32,000 bases of DNA, taken from NCBI RefSeq assembly GCF_002075285.3, contig NZ_CP021983.2:3750001-3782000 (forward strand), written 5' to 3'. The translations under genes were made by a program, and so were the position numbers. Of this stretch, positions 17,754-24,995 are shown piece after piece; position 1 is the first letter of the stretch, and every line of letters begins with the position of its first letter. Below the pieces are notes generated by a model, which searched no databases, had not been told where the DNA came from, and saw nothing but the letters and a program-made list of their open reading frames with translations. Origin of the DNA: Halomicronema hongdechloris C2206 (GTDB lineage Bacteria; Cyanobacteriota; Cyanobacteriia; Phormidesmidales; Phormidesmidaceae).

Positions 17754-18305
17754 CTATTCACCACCGAGGATTCTGTATTCAGCTGTTTCTTGGGCAGATA
17801 GGGACTCGATAAAATCTGCGAGTTTTTTTCCTGCCTTTTTCCGGGTTGCATTTTTAACCACAGGTGTCCAGCCCAAGAAACGACCGGTTGCTCCTAGGGC
17901 CATATCTGACCACTGCCAAAAGTCCCAATCGTCATGATGGCGAATGATTTTTCCAGCTTTGAAGTCGAATTGAGCCGCAACGATATTGTGAACCTGGCGC
18001 CCTGTTTCTGAAAAGTGATAGGTTGCCTCCCAGTGAGCGATCCCGGCGTGCTCATTGGCGGCAGCATCTGTCAGGATGACCTGCAAATCCATGGCATTGC
18101 GGCAGAACATATACCACATGGCGGCAACAGCATCACCGTTTAGATCAAATAGGGCATCGGAAAAATGAATCTCGGGGTGATAGCAGCGCATCATGCCCTT
18201 GTGGTCCCGCTGGTTGAAGCAGGTATAGAAGGTTTGAATTAGAGTGACATTGGGATGCTCACGGCTCATATCGGCAGGAATAGGGTGCTGCGGGGAAGAG
18301 TTCAT
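17754..18305 (-). CDS. NTF2-like / SnoaL-like (ketosteroid isomerase fold) protein
   Basis: The 183-aa ORF has the N-terminal pattern IQTFYTCFNQRD...M..CYHPEI.FSD, followed by a W/H-rich cone-forming beta region (HWEATYHF...G). This is typical of SnoaL/NTF2 superfamily enzymes. Confidence 0.65.
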   Translation of the reverse strand: MNSSPQHPIPADMSREHPNVTLIQTFYTCFNQRDHKGMMRCYHPEIHFSDALFDLNGDAVAAMWYMFCRNAMDLQVILTDAAANEHAGIAHWEATYHFSETGRQVHNIVAAQFDFKAGKIIRHHDDWDFWQWSDMALGATGRFLGWTPVVKNATRKKAGKKLADFIESLSAQETAEYRILGGE

Positions 18306-18405
18306 AGGGGTGCAGAAGGGTGGGCGGGGTCAAATTAGACGGGATAAGCGAATGCTAGGCAACTCTGGGGCCTACTGAGAGTGCCTATCTGGATAGGAGA
18401 GGCTG

Positions 18406-19149
18406 ATGCCATTGCCAAGACCAATCCTTTATATCTTGGCCGGTCTGCCGAGCAGCGGCAAGACCACCCTATCGCAGGGGCTGGCGCGGCGAGTCCACGC
18501 AGCCCATATGCGTATCGATACCCTTGAGCAAGCCCTCAGGGATCTCTGTTCTATCGAGGTCCAGGGGGAAGGCTATGATCTGGCCTATAGAATTGCAGCT
18601 TATGCCCTAGGAGGGAGTCCTACCGTGCTACATCTCCCCATCGAAACCGAGCGATTGAGGATTCGCCGGTTTGAACCGAGCGATAGCCTGCCCTTCCTAG
18701 AATTCATGTTGGATCAGGCGTCAACCCGGTATCTGATGTTCGAGGCCAGGCAAAAGACCGAACCAGGAGCTCGAGAGCTGTTTGAGTCCGTCTGCAGTGC
18801 TTATGATTCCCCAGCGCCGATTCACGCCTATGCGATCGCAACTAAAGACTCAAATCGCTATCTCGGGTCCTGTGGATATTCCCCCTATGATGACGGCATC
18901 GTCGAGTGCTATTACAGCATCAACCGCTCCGAGTGGGGCCGCGGATTTGCCACGGAAGCGCTGATCGCCTTGGCCAGTCAATTGGCTACCCAGGTTGAGG
19001 TGCGGGCCTATTGCCATCCAGATAATGTTGCCGCCCACGCCGTCGCCCGGAAAGCAGGCTTTGTCGACCAGGGCCTTGATAGACACCGGCACTTTGGCCA
19101 TGAGGGCCGGTTGTTTGTCTGCCAGTCTGAGGCTAGCCGTCTCTTTTAG
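18406..19149 (+). CDS. Chimeric ORF: a P-loop (AAA_33/zeta-like kinase) N-terminal fragment fused in frame to a GNAT (RimJ/RimL-like) N-acetyltransferase
   Basis: Residues 1-70 carry the Walker A motif ILAGLPSSGKTTL and YDLAYRIAA, then stop resembling the kinase family. From about residue 75 the ORF is a complete GNAT (ETERLRIRRFEPSD...YAIATKD..RYLGSCGY...W.RGFATEA......VRAYCHPDNVAAHAVARKAGF). Confidence 0.7.
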   Translation: MPLPRPILYILAGLPSSGKTTLSQGLARRVHAAHMRIDTLEQALRDLCSIEVQGEGYDLAYRIAAYALGGSPTVLHLPIETERLRIRRFEPSDSLPFLEFMLDQASTRYLMFEARQKTEPGARELFESVCSAYDSPAPIHAYAIATKDSNRYLGSCGYSPYDDGIVECYYSINRSEWGRGFATEALIALASQLATQVEVRAYCHPDNVAAHAVARKAGFVDQGLDRHRHFGHEGRLFVCQSEASRLF

Positions 19150-19185
19150 ATGCCCTGTGCCGCGGCGCGAGAACTGCCCAGCAGC
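19039..19185. repeat. 147-bp direct repeat, copy 1 (GNAT 3' end plus downstream junction)
   Basis: 144 of 147 positions are identical to 23667-23813. Weaker similarity (about 80%) resumes at 19201-19250 versus 23831-23880. Confidence 0.9.
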
Positions 19186-20182
19186 GGAAAATTCAGGCTT
19201 GAGCAAACCTGAGCGGGCAACCAGACTGCAGGCGATCGCCCCAGGCCAAATACGGTTTTGCTCACCCCGGCCCCGATAAAGCCTGCCAGCATCCCCGTGA
19301 CCCGTCGCTTGGGGCCACCCCAGGCACTGAGTAAAATCGCTCCAGTGACGCCGCCAATCCCTGCGGCTGAAGCGGTACTGGCTAGAACCGTAGCACTGCC
19401 GTTGGTGCGGGCCAAGATCATGGGGTCATAGATGGCTCCGCCCAGGTCGTGAAAGAACTTAAATAGTACGCTAATTAGCAAGAGCGATGCTCCGTTCGGA
19501 GCGGCTACGCCAACGCAAGCTGGGCTGCCGCCAGACTGCTCGGAAGCCGAAGGTGAGTTTAGCCAAGCGGGTCTCAAGTTCAGGGGTCGGTTGGGGCGTG
19601 GGTTGGGGGATGCGGACATAGAGTAGGGTTGCGATGGTCAAAGACCGGCCCTAAAGGGCCATCGCAATTCCAAACGTCGCCAGATCAATCAGCAGAATCC
19701 CCATCAGCCCAATCAGCGGGTACAGGACTCGCCAGCGCCGGTCCAAAAATAGCGGAGCCATAGTGAACCGCTGAGTTCATGCTGTTGGCCCGCGTCAGCT
19801 GGTGTGGCGGCACCATCGAAGAAATCGAGGTTTGGTAGGCTAAACCTTGAATTTGTCCGAAGCCGCCATTTATGCTTGCGGCCAAATAAAGATGCCAAAT
19901 CTGTAGACTGTCTGCCAGAAAAAGAATGCCGATGCCGATGGTTGAGAGGGCTGCAATGCTGTCGCCTAACATCATCAAGTGCTTGCGATTAAAGCGATCG
20001 ACAATGAGACCGGCGACCAGCGTAATCGGAATGTGGGGCAGTTGAGAGAAAAAGCCGACCAGGGCCAGTGCCGTTGCCGAACCTGTTACCTCCCAAGCCC
20101 AAAGGGTGAGGGCAAACTCGGTCATGTAGCTGCCGATGGTTGATGCCAGTTGACCTGACCAGATTATGATGAAGGTACGCAT
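19146..20182 (-). pseudogene. MFS transporter (MFS_3/EntS-like), disrupted and 3'-truncated
   Basis: The N-terminal 150 aa are intact (MRTFIIIWSGQLASTIGSYMTEFALTLWAWE...). The frame breaks near 19720, and an in-frame stop sits inside the palindrome ggccctttagggcc (about 19651-19664). The frame breaks again around 19460-19500. The last segment ends at FPLLGSS exactly at the repeat boundary (19185), so about 130 C-terminal residues are missing. Confidence 0.7.
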
Positions 20183-20247
20183 AAAAATTTACTGCCAGGT
20201 TGCTCCAAGGCGCATACAACACGGTCTGCTGATCGGAGGTGACAGAA

Positions 20248-20760
20248 ATGACTCAAGAATTGCTCGACTTGAGGTTGAGTATTTTGGAAGGGCGATATGA
20301 AGACGCCTTAGACCTCGTGGATGAGCTAGAAGAGATGAGTAAGCAAGCCATCTTGCGAAATATTGAGTCATTTTTAATGCGGCTGATGGTACATCTAATT
20401 AAAAATCAAATTGAACAGCGATTGACCAATTCTTGGACGGCTTCTATTTCTGACTCAATTTTGAGAATTCAAAAGTTGAATTTGAAGGCAAATAAGACAT
20501 CTTATTACGTCAATATTGATGAATGGTTTCCATGGTTAGAAGAAGCGGTCGAAGCAGCAATTGCCCCTGCTAGCGTAGAGGTATTCGGTGGCAGATTGAA
20601 CGCGATTCAGCTCAGTCAACAAGTTGAACGAAAATCAGTGATTACGGCTACTCAGTCATTGCTGGAGTTGACCTATCACTATTCAGGTAAAGAGCTACCG
20701 GCTATCATCATTGCTCGCTTGGTGGAACTGCCAGGAGGCCAAGAATGGCATAGGGATTGA
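20248..20760 (+). CDS. Hypothetical helical protein, DUF29-like
   Basis: The pattern EGRYEDALDLVDELEEMSKQ....IES.L..LMVHLIK.Q.......SW..SI resembles DUF29 proteins, which are common in cyanobacterial accessory regions. The SD GGAGG lies 8 nt before the ATG at 20248. The ORF track uses the GTG at 20239. Confidence 0.45.
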   Translation: MTQELLDLRLSILEGRYEDALDLVDELEEMSKQAILRNIESFLMRLMVHLIKNQIEQRLTNSWTASISDSILRIQKLNLKANKTSYYVNIDEWFPWLEEAVEAAIAPASVEVFGGRLNAIQLSQQVERKSVITATQSLLELTYHYSGKELPAIIIARLVELPGGQEWHRD

Positions 20761-20808
20761 ACCTTTCGTTTCACGGCGTTCTGCTCGATCTCTATGAAAC
20801 CTAGAAAG

Positions 20809-21267
20809 CTAATCTTGGGTCGCTTCTAAAATAGATTGGGGATGAACAACTGTAATATTATCGCTATTGCTAAAATCATCTGGATTAAATGTTAATAAGT
20901 GAGTGATGGCATGAGCCTGCATAACCGCAACCAATCGAGCATCATGGACGCGTTTTCCTTGAATTTGATCGGTCGTCACTAGATTTAACCAGTAAGAAAA
21001 TATTTGCGGTGTTTCTTCAAGCTGTGGAAACTGGTTGAGAATTTGCTCAACTTCAGCACGAGTTTGTTCAACGCTCCAGCCCAGACCGTTGACATCGACT
21101 GGACGAGTTGCAACAACCCAAAACTCAATAATGTTTTGACTGGTGACAAATAATTGATGACTTTGAACTAGCAGAGTGGCAGCGGCTCTACCAGCAATCA
21201 GGTTCATCGGTGAGGTGCGGTCACTCATTCGCAGCAACACGTTGGTATCAAGAAGATAATCTGCCAT
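20809..21267 (-). CDS. PIN-domain ribonuclease toxin (VapC-like)
   Basis: YLLDTNVLLR is the first acidic motif. Its size, and the 1-nt overlap with an upstream small antitoxin gene, are typical of VapBC. Confidence 0.85.
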   Translation of the reverse strand: MADYLLDTNVLLRMSDRTSPMNLIAGRAAATLLVQSHQLFVTSQNIIEFWVVATRPVDVNGLGWSVEQTRAEVEQILNQFPQLEETPQIFSYWLNLVTTDQIQGKRVHDARLVAVMQAHAITHLLTFNPDDFSNSDNITVVHPQSILEATQD

Positions 21268-21533
21268 TAGTCATACATTGACTCTCGTCTCAAAGCTTCA
21301 TCGGGTAAGTTGGGGCCGTCCTTATGGCTTTGTACCCATTGTGTTAATCGTTCAGCCCGTTCTTGGGGGGTGGCGGTTGCCCAAAACGGCTGCTCCGAGG
21401 AAACGGGAGACAGGATTAAACGATTTTCATCGCCTACTTCAAGTTGGAAACGAGTATTGGGCTGAATGGCACGCAGAATCTCTTGGGGAATTTGTAGGGT
21501 GCCAGTCTCGCTGATTTCGACGATTACAGCCAT
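21267..21533 (-). CDS. AbrB/SpoVT-type antitoxin (VapB-like)
   Basis: This 88-aa ORF lies immediately upstream of, and overlapping, the PIN gene. The swapped-hairpin-like N-terminus (GTLQIPQEILRAIQPNTRFQLEV..ENRLILSP) supports the call. Confidence 0.7.
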   Translation of the reverse strand: MAVIVEISETGTLQIPQEILRAIQPNTRFQLEVGDENRLILSPVSSEQPFWATATPQERAERLTQWVQSHKDGPNLPDEALRRESMYD

Positions 21534-21585
21534 TTCAGTGACCTCTAAAGTTCAATGGGCCGGTTTTGGGGTTCTACTCTGCTCA

Positions 21586-21990
21586 TTATCTCTCATCCCC
21601 TGATGGCGGAACTGGGGAAATTTTGGCTATGCCACTCGCTTGGAGCACTTCAGGAAACTGCTTCCAGGGGACATCGTCATCATCGCTGTCGTGATAAAGT
21701 TTGCCAAACCAGAGCAGGGCTTCGGCGCTTTCGGCGAGGGGCAGATCGGTGAACAGGTAGGTGGGCCGATTGGGGGCAGAGACTGAAACCACACAGGCTC
21801 TGCTGCACATCCACAGGCAATCGACGGGTTGAATGGTGATGGGTGAGTCTTGGGATTGGAGAGTGTTGAGCTGCTCTAGCAGTTGAGCGCCCTGGGAGGG
21901 TTTCATGCGTTTGTGAGCGGCATCGTTGCAAGACTGGCAGACAAATAAATTTGGGTTTGACATTGCTCTAGAAGACGAATAATGACTCAA
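21586..21990 (-). CDS. DUF1636 family protein (thioredoxin-like metal/[2Fe-2S]-binding)
   Basis: LFVCQSC....G..LL..L......I.IQPVDCLWMCSRACVVSVSAPNRPTYLFTDLP....AEALL.F...Y......VPWKQFPEVLQ is a close match, from memory, to the DUF1636 consensus. Confidence 0.75.
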   Translation of the reverse strand: MSHYSSSRAMSNPNLFVCQSCNDAAHKRMKPSQGAQLLEQLNTLQSQDSPITIQPVDCLWMCSRACVVSVSAPNRPTYLFTDLPLAESAEALLWFGKLYHDSDDDDVPWKQFPEVLQASGIAKISPVPPSGDER

Positions 21991-22084
21991 TGACCGATAA
22001 GATTGCTCTAGCTTGAAAGACGAAAGTTAAGTCATGAGTGGTCGTGCTAGCGTAGAAGGAAAACACAGGCTGACTGAGGTTGAT

Positions 22085-22300
22085 ATGGCAGAGGTTTCTA
22101 AGCTCGATCAAGTTTTAGAAAGCATTGAGATGCTACCGCTTGAGGATCAAGAAGTGTTGGTCGAGCTTGTGCAGCGGCGATTAGTGGAACGACGACGGGA
22201 GGAAATTGCCGAGCACATTGCTGAAGCTCAAGCAGACGATGAGGCTGGCAAGGTATTTCGAGGTACGGTTGAAGATGCGATCGCCGAATTGAGGGCATGA
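22085..22300 (+). CDS. Type II antitoxin (RelB/ParD-like partner of a RelE/YafQ-type toxin)
   Basis: This small acidic helical protein (LPLEDQEVLVELVQRRL...) has a stop codon that overlaps (ATGA) the start of a RelE-type toxin remnant. I prefer the ATG at 22085 over the ORF-track start at 22034. Confidence 0.6.
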   Translation: MAEVSKLDQVLESIEMLPLEDQEVLVELVQRRLVERRREEIAEHIAEAQADDEAGKVFRGTVEDAIAELRA

Positions 22301-22432
22301 GGCAGGTTCTTTTTGCTTCATCATTCAAGCGCGCTTTCAAACGATATTGTCTCTAACTTTGTGGAAAGTCCAGAGATAGGCGAAGACGATATTTTACTCA
22401 TTGATATTGGCTCTCATGATGAGGTTTATTAA
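22297..22432 (+). pseudogene. RelE/YafQ-family mRNA-interferase toxin with an internal deletion
   Basis: The 5' end encodes MRQVLFASSFKRAFKRY and then hits a stop. A different frame ends with VESPEIGEDDILLIDIGSHDEVY*, the canonical C-terminus of this toxin family. About 50 central codons are missing. Confidence 0.7.
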
Positions 22433-22499
22433 AGGGCAATCGCAGATAAAATTAGCGCAATGTGGCAAGTGCTAGATCAAATGAATTCGAGAAAGCAAG

Positions 22500-22814
22500 A
22501 TGGAAAATGACTTACAAAAGTACATCGAGGCTATAGACGGCGTTCGCAGCGGTAAGCCTTGCATTGCAGGAACCAGGATGACTGTGGCGGACATTGCGAC
22601 TATGTATTTGCGGATGGGACAGTCTTTAGAAGAGATTGCAGGTAAGTATAGACTGTCTTTGGCAGCCGTCTATGCAGCAATGGCATTTTATTTTGAAAAT
22701 CGACAAGAGATCGACCAGCGAACGGCAGAAGCAGAAGCGTTTGCCGAGGCTGAACGGCAGAAGCAACCTTCCTTGCTCGACCAAAAGCTGAGGGCTGCCC
22801 GAGAGCATGCCTGA
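22500..22814 (+). CDS. DUF433-domain protein (antitoxin-like partner of DUF5615)
   Basis: GKPCIAGTRMTVADIATMYLRMGQSLEEIAGKYRLSLAAVYAAMAFY is the DUF433 core. The gene overlaps the downstream gene by 8 nt. Confidence 0.8.
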   Translation: MENDLQKYIEAIDGVRSGKPCIAGTRMTVADIATMYLRMGQSLEEIAGKYRLSLAAVYAAMAFYFENRQEIDQRTAEAEAFAEAERQKQPSLLDQKLRAAREHA

Positions 22815-23091
22815 GCGAATTCGGTTCCATTTGGATGAAAATGTTGATCCAGACATTGCCTTAGCACTAAAACGAATGGGTATTGATGTAACGACTTCGC
22901 AGGAGACAAACCTCTTATCAAGGAGTGATATAGCTCAACTGGATTTTGCAATCTCGCAGTCACGCGTATTGGTAACCCATGATGATGATTTTCTTATCCT
23001 GAATAGCCAGGGTATGGAGCATTTTGGAATCGTCTATTGTCGGAAGGATACAAAGCCGATTGGCTATATGATTCGGATGATGATTTTTTAG
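22807..23091 (+). CDS. DUF5615 (PIN-like) protein, putative toxin of the DUF433/DUF5615 pair
   Basis: IRFHLDENV, VLVTHDDDF and the length of about 90 aa match the DUF5615 family. That family is typically translationally coupled to DUF433. Confidence 0.7.
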   Translation: MPERIRFHLDENVDPDIALALKRMGIDVTTSQETNLLSRSDIAQLDFAISQSRVLVTHDDDFLILNSQGMEHFGIVYCRKDTKPIGYMIRMMIF

Positions 23092-23236
23092 TGAGATCAG
23101 TTCTCATCACTATACCGTCTATCGCAGCAATAGAGCGCTACGCTGTTCGATGCAGCATGGAATGGCAGAACCCGCAAGCATCACGATTCTCAGTCCATTG
23201 GGCTATACGTACATGGTTTTTCGGCCCCATGACTTG

Positions 23237-23646
23237 TTATTTCGAGAATTGTTGCCATTCATCGAAGGTGCCTTCCATTTCGACCCTGCCGTGGTTGAGC
23301 ACAATGATGCGATCGCACCTCTCCAAGACAGCGGGACGATGGGAAACGATGAGGAGAGTGATGGGGTGGTGGGGTGGTGGGATGGTGGGTCCGTCTCCAC
23401 ATCCAGGGCGCTGGAGAGGTCGTCAAATACCAGCAACTCGGGTTGGCGCACGAACATGTGGGCGGCGGCGGCCCGCTGAAGTTGGCCGCCGGAGAGGCGC
23501 ACGCCTCTGGGACCAATCGGGGTGGTGAGCCCTTGGGGCATGGCGGCTAGGTCGTGCTCAAAGACGGCCTGATGGATGGCGGTCTCCAGGGCGGTGGGGG
23601 ATGCCTGGAGCCCCAGGAGAATGTTGTTGCCCAGGGAGCCGCCCAC
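23237..23646 (-). pseudogene. ABC transporter ATP-binding domain, C-terminal remnant with a frameshift or deletion
   Basis: The signature LSGGQLQR, Walker B LLVFDD and the D-loop SALDVET are present. A CCACC-rich stretch follows. The H-loop and tail (TLLIVSHRPAVLERCDRIIVLNHGRVEMEGTFDEWQQFSK*) continue in another frame. There is no Walker A or TMD, and the remnant abuts repeat copy 2. Confidence 0.75.
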
Positions 23647-23666
23647 CCCCTGAACGGCATTGCCAT

Positions 23667-23813
23667 GCCGTCGCCCGGAAAGCAGGCTTTGTCGACCAGG
23701 GCCTTGATAGACACCGGCACTTTGGCCATGGGGGCGGGTTGTTTGTCTGCCAGTCTGAGGCTAGCCGTCTCTTTTAGATGCCCTGTGCCGCGGCGCGAGA
23801 ACTGCCCAGGAGC
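23667..23813. repeat. 147-bp direct repeat, copy 2 (orphan GNAT 3' end plus junction, followed by a diverged MFS remnant to about 23880)
   Basis: See 19039-19185. Here no GNAT gene body lies upstream, so this copy is a remnant. Confidence 0.9.
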
Positions 23814-23934
23814 AGCAAGTTGAGCGATGAGCAAAACTGAGCCGGCACCCAGACGAAGGGCGATCGCCCCATACCAGATCTCGATGATCGCCCCTAGTCT
23901 CATGAGGCGCTTGTTGCCGTTTTATGATGAAAAG

Positions 23935-24963
23935 ATGCAAACGCTTACCCTCACCCGACCTGACGATTGGCATCTGCATCTCCGCGACGGTGCGGCACTG
24001 ACAGCGGTTCTGCCCTACACGGTGCGTCAGTTTGCCCGCGCCATCATCATGCCGAACTTGAAGCCCCCTATCCGCTCGGCGGCAGATGCGGCAGCCTATC
24101 GCGATCGCATCCTCGCCGCCATTCCAGAGGGTCAACGGTTTGAGCCATTGATGACGCTCTACCTCACCGACAACACTAGCCCCGACGATATTCTCCGGGC
24201 GAAAGAATCGCAGTTTATCAAAGCGGTCAAGTACTACCCAGCCGGTGCAACGACCAACTCAGACTCCGGTGTGACGGATATTCGGAAATGCGATCGCATC
24301 TTTGCAGCGATGCAGCAGGTGGACATGCCGTTATTACTACACGGGGAAGTGACCGATAACGATGTTGATACGTTCGATCGCGAGAAGGTGTTTATCGAGC
24401 GACATTTAATCCCCCTGAAGCAGCGATTTCCCAACCTGCGGGTGGTGCTTGAGCATATCACCACCGCCGATGCGGTGCAGTATGTCCTGTCTGCCAACAC
24501 CATCGCGGCAACAATTACGCCACACCATTTGTTGTTTAATCGTAATGCCCTGTTCCAAGGCGGCCTTCGCCCCCATTTTTATTGCCTGCCCATTTTGAAG
24601 CGGGAGGAGCATCGTCAGGCTTTGTTGCAAGCGGCAACGTCGGGGAATCCGAAGTTTTTTCTAGGTACTGATAGCGCTCCCCATCCCCGCACCAGCAAAG
24701 AAAGTTCCTGTGGCTGCGCGGGATGCTTTTCGGCGCTGCACGCCCTTGAGTTGTATGCCGAAGCATTTGAAAGCGTGAAAGCCCTAGATAAACTGGAGGC
24801 GTTCGCCAGCTTCTATGGCCCAGATTTCTATCAACTGCCGCGTAACACCGAGCGAATTAGCTTGTCCCAAACGACTTGGCGGGTCCCTGATCAAGTTCCA
24901 TTTATGGAATCTGGGCTGGTACCGTTGGGGGCGGGGCAGGAAATCACATGGCAAATGGTATGA
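23935..24963 (+). CDS. pyrC: Dihydroorotase, class II (homodimeric type)
   Basis: It aligns along its whole length, from memory, with E. coli PyrC. Matching blocks are [76 protein letters not shown] and [12 protein letters not shown] use the ATG at 23935. The ORF-track start at 23827 lies inside the repeat remnant. Confidence 0.92.
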   Translation: MQTLTLTRPDDWHLHLRDGAALTAVLPYTVRQFARAIIMPNLKPPIRSAADAAAYRDRILAAIPEGQRFEPLMTLYLTDNTSPDDILRAKESQFIKAVKYYPAGATTNSDSGVTDIRKCDRIFAAMQQVDMPLLLHGEVTDNDVDTFDREKVFIERHLIPLKQRFPNLRVVLEHITTADAVQYVLSANTIAATITPHHLLFNRNALFQGGLRPHFYCLPILKREEHRQALLQAATSGNPKFFLGTDSAPHPRTSKESSCGCAGCFSALHALELYAEAFESVKALDKLEAFASFYGPDFYQLPRNTERISLSQTTWRVPDQVPFMESGLVPLGAGQEITWQMV

Positions 24964-24995
24964 CACTTGCACAACGCCTGGGGGCGATAACTCAC

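Noticed and set aside
17606-17812. The 68-aa plus-strand ORF and its counterpart reading frame at 16041-16128. They would make the 88-bp repeat a duplicated peptide-coding segment (RGHLKTRLK.LQGKRFRAY).
   Set aside because: Only 2 of the 7 differences between the copies are synonymous in that frame. There is no SD or conserved start. The copy at 16041 lacks a comparable ORF context, and both are antisense to the flanking operon. I treat the repeat as a non-coding element, though a micro-ORF is not fully excluded.
18850-19206. The minus-strand ORFs 18850-19206 and 23547-23903 share the peptide GQFSRRGTGHLKETASLRLADKQPA, which at first looked like a duplicated small gene.
   Set aside because: The shared peptide is simply the antisense translation of the 147-bp direct repeat (the GNAT 3' end). 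In copy 1 it is antisense to a well-supported GNAT ORF. No SD or start context supports either ORF.
23037-23528. The plus-strand ORFs 23037-23528 and 23150-23479.
   Set aside because: They are antisense to the ABC-ATPase remnant, whose LSGGQ, Walker B and H-loop motifs identify the true (minus) coding strand. Their translations are Trp/Arg/Gly-rich artefacts of the GGTGG tract.
23827-23934. The ORF-track N-terminal extension of pyrC ([36 protein letters not shown]).
   Set aside because: The extension overlaps the MFS-like repeat remnant and has no counterpart in dihydroorotases. Alignment to E. coli PyrC begins at [15 protein letters not shown] (ATG at 23935).
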